Shown in pieces: positions 27,717-38,472 of a stretch of 64,000 bases of DNA (position 1 is the first letter of the stretch; every line of letters starts with the position of its first letter). A program made the position numbers and the translations under genes. The notes under the pieces were generated by a model. It was not told the origin of the DNA. It did no database searches and saw only the letters and a program-made list of their open reading frames with translations. Source of the DNA: Candidatus Peribacteraceae bacterium (GTDB lineage Bacteria > Patescibacteriota > Gracilibacteria > Peribacterales > Peribacteraceae); the NCBI GenBank assembly GCA_040081825.1, contig JBEBFT010000001.1:67580-131579 (forward strand). The letters run 5' to 3'.

Positions 27717-28873
27717 TAGATTGGCAGTGCCGACAGCCCTGTGAAGAGACTGGTTGCATCAGATGCAGCAACTTTCTCTCCCACTGCCAGTGCTTCATTG
27801 GTCACAGGATCGTATTCTTCTGACTTCAAGATAAGTCGAGCAATCGTAGTTCCTGTCGGCGTGCACGTCATGAGTGTCGACAGACGTTTGTCCGTTGGCT
27901 GATCCAGAACCGAGACATTGTTCGGAGATACTTCGAATTTGGAAATGATGCGATAGTTATGCTTGTCACCATTGTGATAGACGAAGTACGTGTCACCGAT
28001 ATCCAGTTCGTGCAGTCTTGCGAAGACTTCTTTGTAATCTCCCGCTGCCCATGGGTAGTAGGAGCTATGACCGGTGAGGAAGAAGTTTCCTGCCTGCCCT
28101 GGACGCGCTGATCCTGGGTAGTGAACGACTCCGTCTTCCAGAGCGACTTGGATGTCCTCCTCAAAGCCTTTCCATTTTTGCTTCATCAAGTTTTCGATTG
28201 CTGGGACGACGATCGGAACATTCTTACCGATCTTCGGAATCACAATTCGATCTTCTTCGGGACCGACCTTGGGCAGATATTTCACGATATGATTACTGTC
28301 GTACTTGATCGTAGTTGATCCGAGTCGGCCGGGAGTATTCGCTTTGCCAAGGGAGTCCAGTGCTTCGTTGGTCTCTGTATCTAACCCAAGTGCCAGTTCT
28401 GCCTTGGCAATTGCATAGAAGCTGCGGTAGTTCATACCGGCAAAAAGCACGCCGAAGATGACGGCGAATGTCGCTCCAAATCTGACCGTATCAATGAAAA
28501 AGAGCTGTGCCTTGGTTCGTACTTTCGTCTTTCGCTTTCCCTTCAACGTTACGGGAGTGAGTGCCATACGCCAGAAACGCGAGAGACTGCCCTTGATCGT
28601 CGAGGGTAGTGCTCGCAGATCTTTCATCAGCGAATCACTTGTATTGCGTAGTGACACTGTTGCTTCTGCAAACACTGATAGATTTGTAACAGGGGTAGGT
28701 GCAGATTCAGTCTTTGGGATTGTTTGTCGCTGAGGTTTGTCACCAATGCTCCAGTTCTGAGTTGGTGAACGATCAGAGCGTGATTGTCGCCCGCGAGGTG
28801 GTGCAACGCTCTCTACGATTTCCTCGTGCAGAATCACGATATTGCCGTCGCTGTCGTATGTAGATTGATGCAT
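27716..28873 (-). CDS. Sortase
   Basis: GNFFLTGHSS (His), TLMTC (Cys), downstream Arg; TM anchor. Confidence 0.9.
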   Translation of the reverse strand: MHQSTYDSDGNIVILHEEIVESVAPPRGRQSRSDRSPTQNWSIGDKPQRQTIPKTESAPTPVTNLSVFAEATVSLRNTSDSLMKDLRALPSTIKGSLSRFWRMALTPVTLKGKRKTKVRTKAQLFFIDTVRFGATFAVIFGVLFAGMNYRSFYAIAKAELALGLDTETNEALDSLGKANTPGRLGSTTIKYDSNHIVKYLPKVGPEEDRIVIPKIGKNVPIVVPAIENLMKQKWKGFEEDIQVALEDGVVHYPGSARPGQAGNFFLTGHSSYYPWAAGDYKEVFARLHELDIGDTYFVYHNGDKHNYRIISKFEVSPNNVSVLDQPTDKRLSTLMTCTPTGTTIARLILKSEEYDPVTNEALAVGEKVAASDATSLFTGLSALPI

Positions 28874-28931
28874 GAATAGTAGTCGATCATTATAGCAAAG
28901 AATGCAACTTTAGGCGAGCACAGACTGATTC

Positions 28932-30050
28932 TTATGACTCTTGAATGAGTGCTTTGTCGCCCTCAATCACTCCGCCGCCCAGCACTTCTTCACCGCGGTA
29001 AAAGACTATTGACTGACCAGGAGATTGTGGAGAAACAGCACTATCAAATTGAAAGAGATACTGTTCACCTTGTCGCACTAGTCGTCCCGTTTTTTTAGGG
29101 CTGAGCGATCTAGGGCGGTAACTGCAGACGAGGTTTTCAACGACTTGGGATTCCTCTGAGATGAAGCGCACATCCGTGAGTGTGACAGAATCTGTGAGCG
29201 ATCGCCCCTTGTCGTCAACGACGAGCTCAGATCGATCAACATCTTTGCGGATGACCTCCAATGGAATCGTCAGTCCTCCGATACCCAGTCCTCGCCGCTG
29301 ACCATAGGTGTAGAGCGGCAGCCCTTTGTGTTTGCCGACGACGGTGCCGTCACGCCGCACGATGTTCCCGGGCTTGAGATCTCCACTCAAGTGTCTCTTT
29401 AAAAATTCCGTAGGTGTTTTCTCTGGGAAGAAACAGAGATCCTGACTCTCGCGATAGGAGGAAGGGAGTGGCACACCAAAATGCAGAGCGAGTGTGTAGA
29501 CTTCCGATTTCTTCATTCCTCCGAGAGGAAAAAAGACGTGCTTCAGTTGGTCTTGGGTCAGCCCGTACAGGTAGTAGCTCTGATCTTTCTCTGAGTCGAT
29601 CGCTTCGAGTAGCAAGTATCTCTCTGATCCGTCTGATAGCTTCTCGCTCGCGACACGTGCATAGTGCCCAGTCGCAAGCTTGTCGCACCCTAACGTGCGC
29701 ATCAGCTCAAGCAATTTACCGAACTTGATGGTGCGGTTGCATCCGATGCATGGGTTAGGGGTGAGTCCCTGACGATGTGCTTCTAGATATGGATCAACGA
29801 CGCTTTCCTTGAACTCGCGCTCGAGGTCGATGACATGCAGTGGAATCGAGAGTTCCTTCGCAACCGAATGAGCACGCGCGATGTTCTGCGTTGTGCAGCA
29901 TTTGCTGGGAAGAATCTGTGCGAGTGCAGGCGCCAGCGGATCCGTCCACAGTGTGAAACGAACGCCAATCACTTCGTGACCCTGTTCTTGCAGCATATGT
30001 GCAACAACTGAAGAGTCGATCCCGCCGGACATTGCAAGCAGTATTTTCAT
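28932..30050 (-). CDS. mnmA: tRNA 2-thiouridylase
   Basis: AMSGGIDSS, TPNPCIGCN, ATGHYA, KDQSYYL, ESQDLCF. Confidence 0.97.
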   Translation of the reverse strand: MKILLAMSGGIDSSVVAHMLQEQGHEVIGVRFTLWTDPLAPALAQILPSKCCTTQNIARAHSVAKELSIPLHVIDLEREFKESVVDPYLEAHRQGLTPNPCIGCNRTIKFGKLLELMRTLGCDKLATGHYARVASEKLSDGSERYLLLEAIDSEKDQSYYLYGLTQDQLKHVFFPLGGMKKSEVYTLALHFGVPLPSSYRESQDLCFFPEKTPTEFLKRHLSGDLKPGNIVRRDGTVVGKHKGLPLYTYGQRRGLGIGGLTIPLEVIRKDVDRSELVVDDKGRSLTDSVTLTDVRFISEESQVVENLVCSYRPRSLSPKKTGRLVRQGEQYLFQFDSAVSPQSPGQSIVFYRGEEVLGGGVIEGDKALIQES

Positions 30051-30090
30051 GCTACTTGCCACATAGTACATACTGTATACTTCGGACACT

Positions 30091-31167
30091 ATGACTCCCT
30101 CATCTCTCGCTACTTTCATCTCCCATGCCCGTGATAAAGGTATGGATCATCAGACCATTCGCATGCTTCTTCTGTCCGCTGGATGGAAGGAGAAGGACAT
30201 AGCAGGTGCGCTTGCCTCTGAAAGTTTGTCCATGCCTGTGCCGACCCCTTCTGACGCTGGTTCCGCCCGTGATGCTTTCTTGCATCTGCTGGCATTTGCG
30301 ACGCTCTACACCACGGTCATCAGCATGATCGTTCTCCTGTTTCAGTACATCGACAAACTATTCCCAGATCCAACGGAAGCTATCTACTACTATGATGGTG
30401 GGACTTCGACTGCTATTCGTTGGTCCATGGCGTCGATCATCGTTGCATTTCCTCTCTTTTTGTTTGTTTCCCGCATTCTGTACAAGGACTGCGCAGCACA
30501 TCACGAGAAGCTGATGTCAGATGTTCGCAGATGGCTCACCTATCTGACACTTTTTTTCACAGCGATGACGATGACTGTCGATGTCATCACACTCATTTTC
30601 TTCCTCTTAGACGGCGAGCTGACTACCCGCTTCATTCTCAAGGTTCTCGTTGTATTTGCACTCACTGGCATGCCGTTCCTGTACTACTTCCGCACACTCA
30701 AGATGGATCCAACCGAGTATGCGAAGAGCAGCATCCACATTTGCTTTCGATGGCTATCAATCGTTCTCGTTCTAGCTGTGTTCATTTCCGGTTTCTACGT
30801 TGTTGGCAGTCCTTCCAGTGGTCGCGCTGAGCGCTTTGATGAGAAACGTCTGGAGGATCTTCGCGGTATTTCGAACGAGGTCTACTCGTATGTATTCGCA
30901 GGTACAGCCTGGGAGTTACCTCAGAAACGCGTGAAGGTAAATGATCTGCCTGAAACATTGGAAACTGTTGCAGTAAATGCGCAGTACCAGCGTCTTACCC
31001 TCACTGATCCAGAAACAGAAGTGCCCTACGAGTATACGACGACGAAGGATTCGTTCTCTCTCTGTGCGACATTTTCTCAAATTCGTGATCAGAACTACGA
31101 CATTCAGTGGAATCATCCTGAGGGGCGTCACTGTTTTGAATTCGGACTGAAGGACGTTCGCAACTAA
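30091..31167 (+). CDS. Membrane protein (DUF5671-like)
   Basis: ARDAFLHLL...IRWSMA...VRRWLTYLTLF...GELTTRFILK; several TMs. Confidence 0.7.
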   Translation: MTPSSLATFISHARDKGMDHQTIRMLLLSAGWKEKDIAGALASESLSMPVPTPSDAGSARDAFLHLLAFATLYTTVISMIVLLFQYIDKLFPDPTEAIYYYDGGTSTAIRWSMASIIVAFPLFLFVSRILYKDCAAHHEKLMSDVRRWLTYLTLFFTAMTMTVDVITLIFFLLDGELTTRFILKVLVVFALTGMPFLYYFRTLKMDPTEYAKSSIHICFRWLSIVLVLAVFISGFYVVGSPSSGRAERFDEKRLEDLRGISNEVYSYVFAGTAWELPQKRVKVNDLPETLETVAVNAQYQRLTLTDPETEVPYEYTTTKDSFSLCATFSQIRDQNYDIQWNHPEGRHCFEFGLKDVRN

Positions 31168-31179
31168 CGCTCATCTCGC

Positions 31180-32235
31180 ATGATTGAAAAAGCCCGGTCA
31201 TCCGTCGGCGAGCTTCGGGATCTTCGAAAGAAGATGGAGGATCCTGCAATATTTGGTGATCCGAAAGAGATCACCCGTCTCGCACGTCGGATTAAACAGT
31301 TAGAACCACTTGAGCAGGTTGTTGCGGAGTATGACCGATGTGAGCAAGCTATCCGTGACGAGGCAAGTATGAGCGGCGATGCTGAATTGGCGGTACTGGC
31401 TGCGGAAGAGGCAAAGTCTGCGCGTGAGAAAATGCCCGTGCTGGAGACGCAGATGAAGAAGCTGCTCCTTCCCCGTAATCCCGACGATGAAAAGAGCGTT
31501 ATCATCGAAGTACGTGCTGGAGCAGGAGGAGAAGAGGCAGCCTTGTTTGCTGCTGAGCAGCTCAAGATGTATCTGCGCTATGCCGAGTCACGCGGATGGA
31601 GGATCGAACTTCTTGATACCTCTGACGCGGATGCAGGAGGAATCAAAGAAGCCTCAGCGCGCATCGAAGGTTCGGGTGTCTACGGAGATCTGAAGTTCGA
31701 ATCTGGCGTGCATCGTGTGCAGCGCATTCCTGAAACGGAAGCGAAAGGTCGTGTGCACACGTCAACGACGACCGTTGCTATTTTGCCGGAGGCCGAAGAA
31801 GTGGACATCGTCGTGAAGCAGGAGGATCTGAAGATCGACACATATCGCTCTGGTGGTGCAGGTGGTCAGCACGTGAACAAGACCGAGAGCGCAGTCCGCA
31901 TTACGCACATTCCTACAGGCGTTGTTGTAGCATGTCAGTCCGAACGTAGTCAGATCAAGAACCGCGCACTCGCGATGAGCGTGCTCCGCTCGCGTTTGTA
32001 TCAAGCTGAGCAGGAACGAAAGGCGAAAGAGAGAGGGGATTTGCGATCAGGACAAGTCGGAACTGGTGATCGGTCAGAGAAGATCCGAACGTACAACTTT
32101 CCACAAGATCGCGTCACCGATCACCGCGCCAATGTGAACTTTTCGAATCTCCCTGCCATCATGGAAGGGGATTTGCAGGACATTGTGGATGCGATGAAGA
32201 AGTGGGAAGAGGAAGAATTGCTGAAGACTTTGTAA
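31180..32235 (+). CDS. prfA: Peptide chain release factor 1
   Basis: ESGVHRVQRIPET (PxT motif), GGQHVN, RSEKIRTYNFPQ. Confidence 0.97.
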   Translation: MIEKARSSVGELRDLRKKMEDPAIFGDPKEITRLARRIKQLEPLEQVVAEYDRCEQAIRDEASMSGDAELAVLAAEEAKSAREKMPVLETQMKKLLLPRNPDDEKSVIIEVRAGAGGEEAALFAAEQLKMYLRYAESRGWRIELLDTSDADAGGIKEASARIEGSGVYGDLKFESGVHRVQRIPETEAKGRVHTSTTTVAILPEAEEVDIVVKQEDLKIDTYRSGGAGGQHVNKTESAVRITHIPTGVVVACQSERSQIKNRALAMSVLRSRLYQAEQERKAKERGDLRSGQVGTGDRSEKIRTYNFPQDRVTDHRANVNFSNLPAIMEGDLQDIVDAMKKWEEEELLKTL

Positions 32236-32315
32236 GAGTTTCCCGCAGCACAGATTCGACAATCTCTGCGTTGTTCCTGTGGTCTTGGCGCGACGGTAAC
32301 GAACCGTCGCTGCGA

Positions 32316-33647
32316 CTATTCTTCATTTGTCTTGGTTGCCCTTACTTTTGAATCGATGAGCTCCTTCGTTCCAATATCTCTCCTATATCTCACAGGACCT
32401 CCGATTTTCTTTGCGAATTCCTCTGCTGCCCTCTCTGCTTCCTCGATCGTTTTTCCGATCCCGACAATACCGAGTGACCGCGATCCACCAAGTAGCACGT
32501 TCTCGCCATCATCCTGCGTCACATCACCGTAAAAAAGGCGAACGCTGTCCGGGACATCTTTCGGAATCACCATTCTCTGCCCTTTCTCATTCTTCGCATC
32601 GGGATAACTTTTCGGAACGATGTACTTGCACACGGTGGCTTTCTTTTCGAATTGGACGAGATCAGATGAGAGAGTTCCATCGATCAGGCTTTGGCAGATC
32701 TTCACAAAATCTGAGGAAAGGAGTGACAGAACGTTCAGGGCTTCAGGATCACCAAAACGCGCGTTGTACTCGATGACTTTCACTCCTTTTTTGGTCACGA
32801 TAAATCCACCGTACAGAATCCCGACGTACGGCTCTCCGCATTCAAGAAGAAGCGCCTTCGCAATCTGTGTATTGATGAGGCTCGCTTCTTTGAGGTGACT
32901 ATCCGTAAGGAAGGGGAGTGAATGATTGCTATCAGAATACGTGCCCATTCCGCCCGTGTTGGGACCCAAGTCACCCTCGTACGCACGCTTATGATCCTGT
33001 ACCGCTGGCATGTCGATGGCTGTTTCGCCAGAAACAAATGAGAGCAAGCTGAACTCGACACCGACCAGCTTCTCTTCGATCACGACTGAGCCACATTCGT
33101 CGATGCACTCGCGAGCGTAGGCAACACCTTCATCAATTGACTGCAGATGATCGCCGCTCACCTTCACGCCTTTTCCTCCACGTAGTGCATCGTACTTCAC
33201 GACATATTCGGAGTGCAGATCACCTTCGATATACGAACGAATGTTATCATCGGTTGCACTCTTTCCGAATGATCGAAAGAGGGGACTCGCATCGACCTCG
33301 TGTTTCTTCATGAGCTCTCGTGTGAATCCCTTACTCGCTTCGATTCGTGCCAGAGCCTTCTTTGGAGCGACTGACTTGATCCCCATTTCTTCTAAATAGT
33401 CTGCGAGACCGGCTCCAATTGGGTCATCTGGAGCAATAAATGCGAAATCAGGCTTTTTGGCTTTAGCTAGGGCTCCGATCAATTCAAAGTTCATGATATC
33501 GATGACATGAACTTCCGAGCACATCCTGAGTAACCCTGGGCTTTTGACCGTCGACGCTGCGATGATCTCGGGTTTGGATGGACTGCGAGCGAGAGCTTCG
33601 GCAATCGCTTCGCCGCGGGCCGAGTTTGAGATCAGTAAAATCTTCAT
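32316..33647 (-). CDS. purD: Phosphoribosylamine--glycine ligase
   Basis: GKGVKV, QDHKRAYEGDLGPNTGGMG, EYNARFGDPE. Confidence 0.95.
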   Translation of the reverse strand: MKILLISNSARGEAIAEALARSPSKPEIIAASTVKSPGLLRMCSEVHVIDIMNFELIGALAKAKKPDFAFIAPDDPIGAGLADYLEEMGIKSVAPKKALARIEASKGFTRELMKKHEVDASPLFRSFGKSATDDNIRSYIEGDLHSEYVVKYDALRGGKGVKVSGDHLQSIDEGVAYARECIDECGSVVIEEKLVGVEFSLLSFVSGETAIDMPAVQDHKRAYEGDLGPNTGGMGTYSDSNHSLPFLTDSHLKEASLINTQIAKALLLECGEPYVGILYGGFIVTKKGVKVIEYNARFGDPEALNVLSLLSSDFVKICQSLIDGTLSSDLVQFEKKATVCKYIVPKSYPDAKNEKGQRMVIPKDVPDSVRLFYGDVTQDDGENVLLGGSRSLGIVGIGKTIEEAERAAEEFAKKIGGPVRYRRDIGTKELIDSKVRATKTNEE

Positions 33648-33717
33648 AGGATAATTTACATTATACATTATACATTTTACATTGCTCCGGTACGCGGCGT
33701 ACCGGCTGCGGTCGCAT

Positions 33718-35226
33718 TTACACTAATGACATCATCTTGTACTGATCAGGGTTTCCCTCTTCATGTTCTTTTTTGAAGGTATCTCTCGATTCGTTTCGTC
33801 CGCATCCCATTTTTCTGAGCAGTGCGGGAGTGACTTCAGGAGTCGGGTATTTACCCGTGAAACACCCATCAGAGAATTTCTTAATCTTTTTATTTCCCAC
33901 AGTGATCGATGCTCGCATGTCAGCAACAGTATTGTAGAAAAGGCCATCGCATCCGATAATCTTCTGAATTTCTTTGATCGTGTGGTTGCTAGCAACGAGC
34001 TCCGTAGAGGTAGGTAGATCGATGCCATAGGGATCCGGTCCGATGATCGGTGGAGCGGCCGAAGCGAAGTAGACCTTTTTAGCACCCGCCTTTCTGGCCA
34101 TTTCTACGATCTTCTTGCTTGTATTTCCACGAACAATCGAATCGTCGACGAGAAGAACATTGTTGCCTTTGAATTCCAGATCGATCGGGTGGAGTTTGAA
34201 GTTCAGACTGCGCTTGCGCACTTCCTGACCCGGCATGATGAACGTGCGACCGATGTAGCGGTTTTTCACAAAGCCCTCGCGATAACGAACCTTTAGCTTA
34301 TCTGCGAGTCCCGCAGCAGCTGGACGGCCGGTGTCTGGAATCGGAATAACTGAATCGATCTTGATACCAGATTTCAGAATCTGCTTCGCCAGTGCCTCAC
34401 CCATACGGACACGAGCCTTGTACACGTTTACCTCGTCGATGGTTGAATCTGGTGCTGCGAGGTACACCCACTCGAAAATGCAGGGATTTAGCTCTCCATG
34501 TCGCACCTGACGTGAATGCAGACGATTATGCTTGTCAACGAACACGACTTCGCCGGGTCTGATGTCACGCATAAATTCATAATCAAGCGCTTTGAAGACT
34601 GTATTTTCCGACGCGACCATGTACTCGTACTTCATTCCAAGCGCACGTCTCCCGATTTGGAGCGGACGAATACCGTGTGGATCACGAAACGCCACGATGC
34701 CGTGGCCACCGATGAGTGACACGACAGAGTACGCACCCTTGCAGCGCTTGAAGACTGTTTTCACAGCACGGAAGACATGTTCGGGTGTCAGCTTCTCAGG
34801 TTTCTGCTTTCTGAGTGCGAGCGAGAAAACGTTGAGTAGCACCTCAGAGTCAGAGTTTGTGTTGAGATGACGAAAATCATGCTTCTTGATGTCCTTCGCC
34901 AGTTCCGCTGCGTTCGTCAGGTTGCCGTTGTGCGCGAGTGCCATGCCGAACGGAGAGTTTACGAAGAATGGCTGTGCCTCGAACTCGCTACTACAACCAG
35001 CAGTCGGATAACGCACATGCCCGATGCCCATGGGGCCTTTCAGTCTCTCGAGCGAGCTCTTATGAAATACTTCGTTCACCATGCCATTACTCTTCTTCAG
35101 ATGAAATTGATTGTCATATGTCACGATGCCCGCTGCATCCTGTCCGCGGTGTTGCAGCACGATCAGTCCGTCATACAGGTCCTGGATGACGTTACTAAAG
35201 CCACTGGCTGCTATGAGTCCACACAT
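33718..35226 (-). CDS. purF: Amidophosphoribosyltransferase
   Basis: MCG N-terminus, QHRGQD, GHVRY, LVDDSIVRG. Confidence 0.97.
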   Translation of the reverse strand: MCGLIAASGFSNVIQDLYDGLIVLQHRGQDAAGIVTYDNQFHLKKSNGMVNEVFHKSSLERLKGPMGIGHVRYPTAGCSSEFEAQPFFVNSPFGMALAHNGNLTNAAELAKDIKKHDFRHLNTNSDSEVLLNVFSLALRKQKPEKLTPEHVFRAVKTVFKRCKGAYSVVSLIGGHGIVAFRDPHGIRPLQIGRRALGMKYEYMVASENTVFKALDYEFMRDIRPGEVVFVDKHNRLHSRQVRHGELNPCIFEWVYLAAPDSTIDEVNVYKARVRMGEALAKQILKSGIKIDSVIPIPDTGRPAAAGLADKLKVRYREGFVKNRYIGRTFIMPGQEVRKRSLNFKLHPIDLEFKGNNVLLVDDSIVRGNTSKKIVEMARKAGAKKVYFASAAPPIIGPDPYGIDLPTSTELVASNHTIKEIQKIIGCDGLFYNTVADMRASITVGNKKIKKFSDGCFTGKYPTPEVTPALLRKMGCGRNESRDTFKKEHEEGNPDQYKMMSLV

Positions 35227-35443
35227 ATTACGGGCGGGGAGAAACGGCAAAGCACGGCGTTCGGGGGAATCCGAAAGCCGGAGGTACAGAGGTGAGGGCC
35301 TCAACCATGGAGTTATTGTACAGATGAGTCATGAACTCGCAAGTGAATGAACGATTGAAACGACGTGATAAGGAGGCTGTACTTTCCCCAAAAAATGGCT
35401 ACACTAAGCCGACCCTAAATGTATCTACCCGCTAGTCGCTAAC

Positions 35444-35463
35444 CCTGCCTACCGGCAGGCAGG
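35444..35463. repeat. REP-like palindrome CCTGCCTACCGGCAGGCAGG
   Basis: Near-perfect palindrome flanked by CTACCCGC at 35425 and 35466. Confidence 0.7.
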
Positions 35464-35517
35464 CGCTACCCGCCTCATGACTCGCGCGAAGCATCGCGCT
35501 CTCATTTCTTCTCTCTC

Positions 35518-37317
35518 ATGGAATTCCGCACTATCGCCATCATTGCCCACATCGACCACGGCAAAACAACGCTCGTGGACCAAATCCTAAAGCAGGGTGG
35601 GGCATTCGCTGCTCACGAGGCAGTGGATGAACGCGTGATGGACAGCAACGATCAGGAAAAGGAGCGCGGCATCACGATTTACGCCAAGAACTGTTCGATT
35701 CTCTACAAAGGCACCAAGATCAACATCGTCGATACGCCTGGTCACGCGGACTTCGGTTCTGAGGTCGAACGTGTTCTTCGTATGTGTGACTGTGTCTGTC
35801 TCCTCGTCGATGCGTTCGATGGTCCGATGCCACAGACTAGATTCGTTCTGAAGAAGTCTCTCGAGATTGGTATCAAGCCTATCGTGATCCTGAACAAGAT
35901 CGACAGACCCGGATCGGACCCAGAGGCGGCACTTAGTAAGGTATTCGATCTCTTTGTGCAGCTCGGAGCGACTGATGCGCAGCTCGACTTTCCGTATGTT
36001 TATGCGATCGGCCGTGATGGCATCGCGAAGATGAAGATGGCAGACGAGTCCAAGGATCTGACACCACTGTTCGATCTTGTCCTCACGCACGTGAAGCCAG
36101 CTTCGAACGACGCATCCAAGCCGCTTCGAATGCAGCCTGTAAACCTGGAGTACGACACGTTCTCGGGTCGTACGGCTATTGGTCGTATCACCGATGGTAG
36201 CGTCAAACAGAACGATCAGATCACGATTCTCAAGCCCGATGGCAAGTCTGAAACAGGACGCATTACCAAGATTCAGGTCTATCAGGGACTGAAGCGCGTG
36301 GAGCAGAAGGAAGCGGTTGCTGGCGATGTCGTTATGCTTTCCGGTATGCCAACGGTCTACGTTGGTGACACTGTTGCAAGTGACGAAACGAGCGAGAGGC
36401 TTCCGGTGATCAGCATCGATCCGCCAACGGTCTCGATGGACTTCATCGTCAATGATTCTCCATTCGCAGGCAAAGAAGGAAAGTTGGTCACCACACGTCA
36501 CATTCGTGAGCGACTAGAGAAGGAGCTGGAGACAAACGTGGGACTGAAGATCGAGTTCGGTGATCGCACCGATGCGTTCCGCGTTTCTGGTCGTGGAGAA
36601 ATGCACTTGGGAGTTCTCATCGAAACCATGCGACGTGAAGGATTCGAGATTGCTGTCTCCCGTCCAGAAGTTATTACCAAAACAGAAGGGGGAACTGTAC
36701 TCGAGCCCTATGAAACGGCGTACATCGATGTTCCAGAAGAGAGTGCCGGTTCTGTCATCGAGAAACTGGGTCGTCGAAAAGGAATCATGCAGAACATGGA
36801 GACCAAGAATGGTATTGCGAGACTGACGTACGACATTCCGACACGCGGACTACTGGGATTCCGCAACGAATTCATCATCGATACACGAGGAAACGGCATT
36901 TTGACCCACTCTTTTCACGATTTCCGTCCGTGGGCCGGGGAGATGCCGGGTCGCACAACAGGATCGATTATCTCGGGTGTTACTGGTGCGTCTGTTGCGT
37001 ATGCCATCTGGCAGCTGCAGGAACGCGGCTCGTTCTTCATTGGCGATGGTGTGGCTGTCTATGAAGGTATGATTATCGGAGAGTCACCGAACGGTATGGA
37101 CATGGAGGTCAACGTCAGTAAAGAGAAGAAGTTGAGTAACGTTAGAGCGTCCGGGTCAGACGAGGCAATTCGTCTTACTCCTCCACGCATTATGGAGCTG
37201 GATATGGCACTCGAGTACATTCAGGACGATGAGCTGGTTGAGGTCACTCCGACGAGCATTCGGCTTAGAAAGAAGCTCCTCAAAGAAGTCGATCGCAAGA
37301 GGATGAAGAAGAAATAG
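35518..37317 (+). CDS. typA: Translational GTPase TypA/BipA
   Basis: [38 protein letters not shown]. Confidence 0.97.
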   Translation: MEFRTIAIIAHIDHGKTTLVDQILKQGGAFAAHEAVDERVMDSNDQEKERGITIYAKNCSILYKGTKINIVDTPGHADFGSEVERVLRMCDCVCLLVDAFDGPMPQTRFVLKKSLEIGIKPIVILNKIDRPGSDPEAALSKVFDLFVQLGATDAQLDFPYVYAIGRDGIAKMKMADESKDLTPLFDLVLTHVKPASNDASKPLRMQPVNLEYDTFSGRTAIGRITDGSVKQNDQITILKPDGKSETGRITKIQVYQGLKRVEQKEAVAGDVVMLSGMPTVYVGDTVASDETSERLPVISIDPPTVSMDFIVNDSPFAGKEGKLVTTRHIRERLEKELETNVGLKIEFGDRTDAFRVSGRGEMHLGVLIETMRREGFEIAVSRPEVITKTEGGTVLEPYETAYIDVPEESAGSVIEKLGRRKGIMQNMETKNGIARLTYDIPTRGLLGFRNEFIIDTRGNGILTHSFHDFRPWAGEMPGRTTGSIISGVTGASVAYAIWQLQERGSFFIGDGVAVYEGMIIGESPNGMDMEVNVSKEKKLSNVRASGSDEAIRLTPPRIMELDMALEYIQDDELVEVTPTSIRLRKKLLKEVDRKRMKKK

Positions 37318-37321
37318 ATCG

Positions 37322-38425
37322 CTAGAAGTCTGTTTTCCCATCCCCCTCACCAGGGGCGTAGTCAGGAGCAGGCCCAGGATCTTCCTCCTCTTCTTTCAAG
37401 AGATTTTCATCAACGAATCTTGATGCTGCAAGTACCTCTTTCATACCGACACATGAAAGTATTGCAGTCGTACTCCCATCTTCAGCTTTATGCAGTGTGA
37501 TTCCAGTACATATGCCGACGCACGAATTCGGATCGTTTGCGAGTCGCACTGGCGAACCTTGCAGACCAAATAGAGCTTCGGGATCAGCTACATCTTTTGG
37601 ATCAATCTTCAGCATCATGATTCTGTGATTTGCTACTTCTTTGCCTTCTTTTGTTCCTGTAACTTCCATTGGGAACGCTTTTCCAGTAATGCGAAAGACG
37701 TCTAAGCCTATGCCATTAATTTCAAGTTCTTCATTAAAAACTTCGTCGGGAGTGAGGGCCGAAGCTTTGAGTGGCTTCAGATCGTTGGGATCGTTTGGAC
37801 ACCGATGAACATGCGCGCCGTCGACAATAGCCACATTGATTCCGGGGATGAATGCACGTGCGTCATTGTCTATATTACTTGCAGATGAAATCATGGGTGT
37901 GACTGAAAGAACCTGATTGCTTCCTTGCTCAGACTCAAGGATAAAACCACCGACACCTCGTAGGTAGAGCGCAGGATTTGGTACCTCTTTTCCATCTACC
38001 ATCTGTGGAAACTTTTTTCTATTCTTTTCAATCCAGCCTTCGTTGTCTAAGTGTGATAGTGTCTCCGCAACCAACCCTCCATCTCTTCGGAGAAAGAGCT
38101 TTACCGAGGCAGAATCTTCTGGAGGCTGTTCGAGAGACTCGACTTTTGCAAAGGGTACTGAGTCGAATTCTTCAGGGCTATATATTGCTTTGAATTCTGT
38201 AGGAACACTTTTTGGTGCTTCTTCTAGCTTCTTTTGTTCTAACATCTGACCTTCGTCTGGGAGAACGAGAGGCTCTTTTTCAAATAATTCTCGTAGCTGA
38301 ATTTTAAATGGCGTTCGATCAGGTGTTTTATGACTGGTTTCCCTCGTTTCCGGAGCTACAGACCCGAGTGCGACAGCTCCGGCTGTAAGCAATTTGAGCA
38401 TTGTTGACTGCTTTGGCATGCGCAC
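37322..38425 (-). CDS. Hypothetical exported protein
   Basis: 367-aa ORF with hydrophobic N-terminus. Confidence 0.6.
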   Translation of the reverse strand: MRMPKQSTMLKLLTAGAVALGSVAPETRETSHKTPDRTPFKIQLRELFEKEPLVLPDEGQMLEQKKLEEAPKSVPTEFKAIYSPEEFDSVPFAKVESLEQPPEDSASVKLFLRRDGGLVAETLSHLDNEGWIEKNRKKFPQMVDGKEVPNPALYLRGVGGFILESEQGSNQVLSVTPMISSASNIDNDARAFIPGINVAIVDGAHVHRCPNDPNDLKPLKASALTPDEVFNEELEINGIGLDVFRITGKAFPMEVTGTKEGKEVANHRIMMLKIDPKDVADPEALFGLQGSPVRLANDPNSCVGICTGITLHKAEDGSTTAILSCVGMKEVLAASRFVDENLLKEEEEDPGPAPDYAPGEGDGKTDF

Positions 38426-38472
38426 AGACTAGACCAGCAGACTGAATTGGCAAGAACTCTATACATTCTTTC

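Noticed and set aside
35587-36501. 304-aa antisense ORF in typA (also long antisense ORFs in gyrB, groL and the P-type ATPase)
   Set aside because: Shadow frames expected from codon bias of conserved genes; no protein-like motifs.
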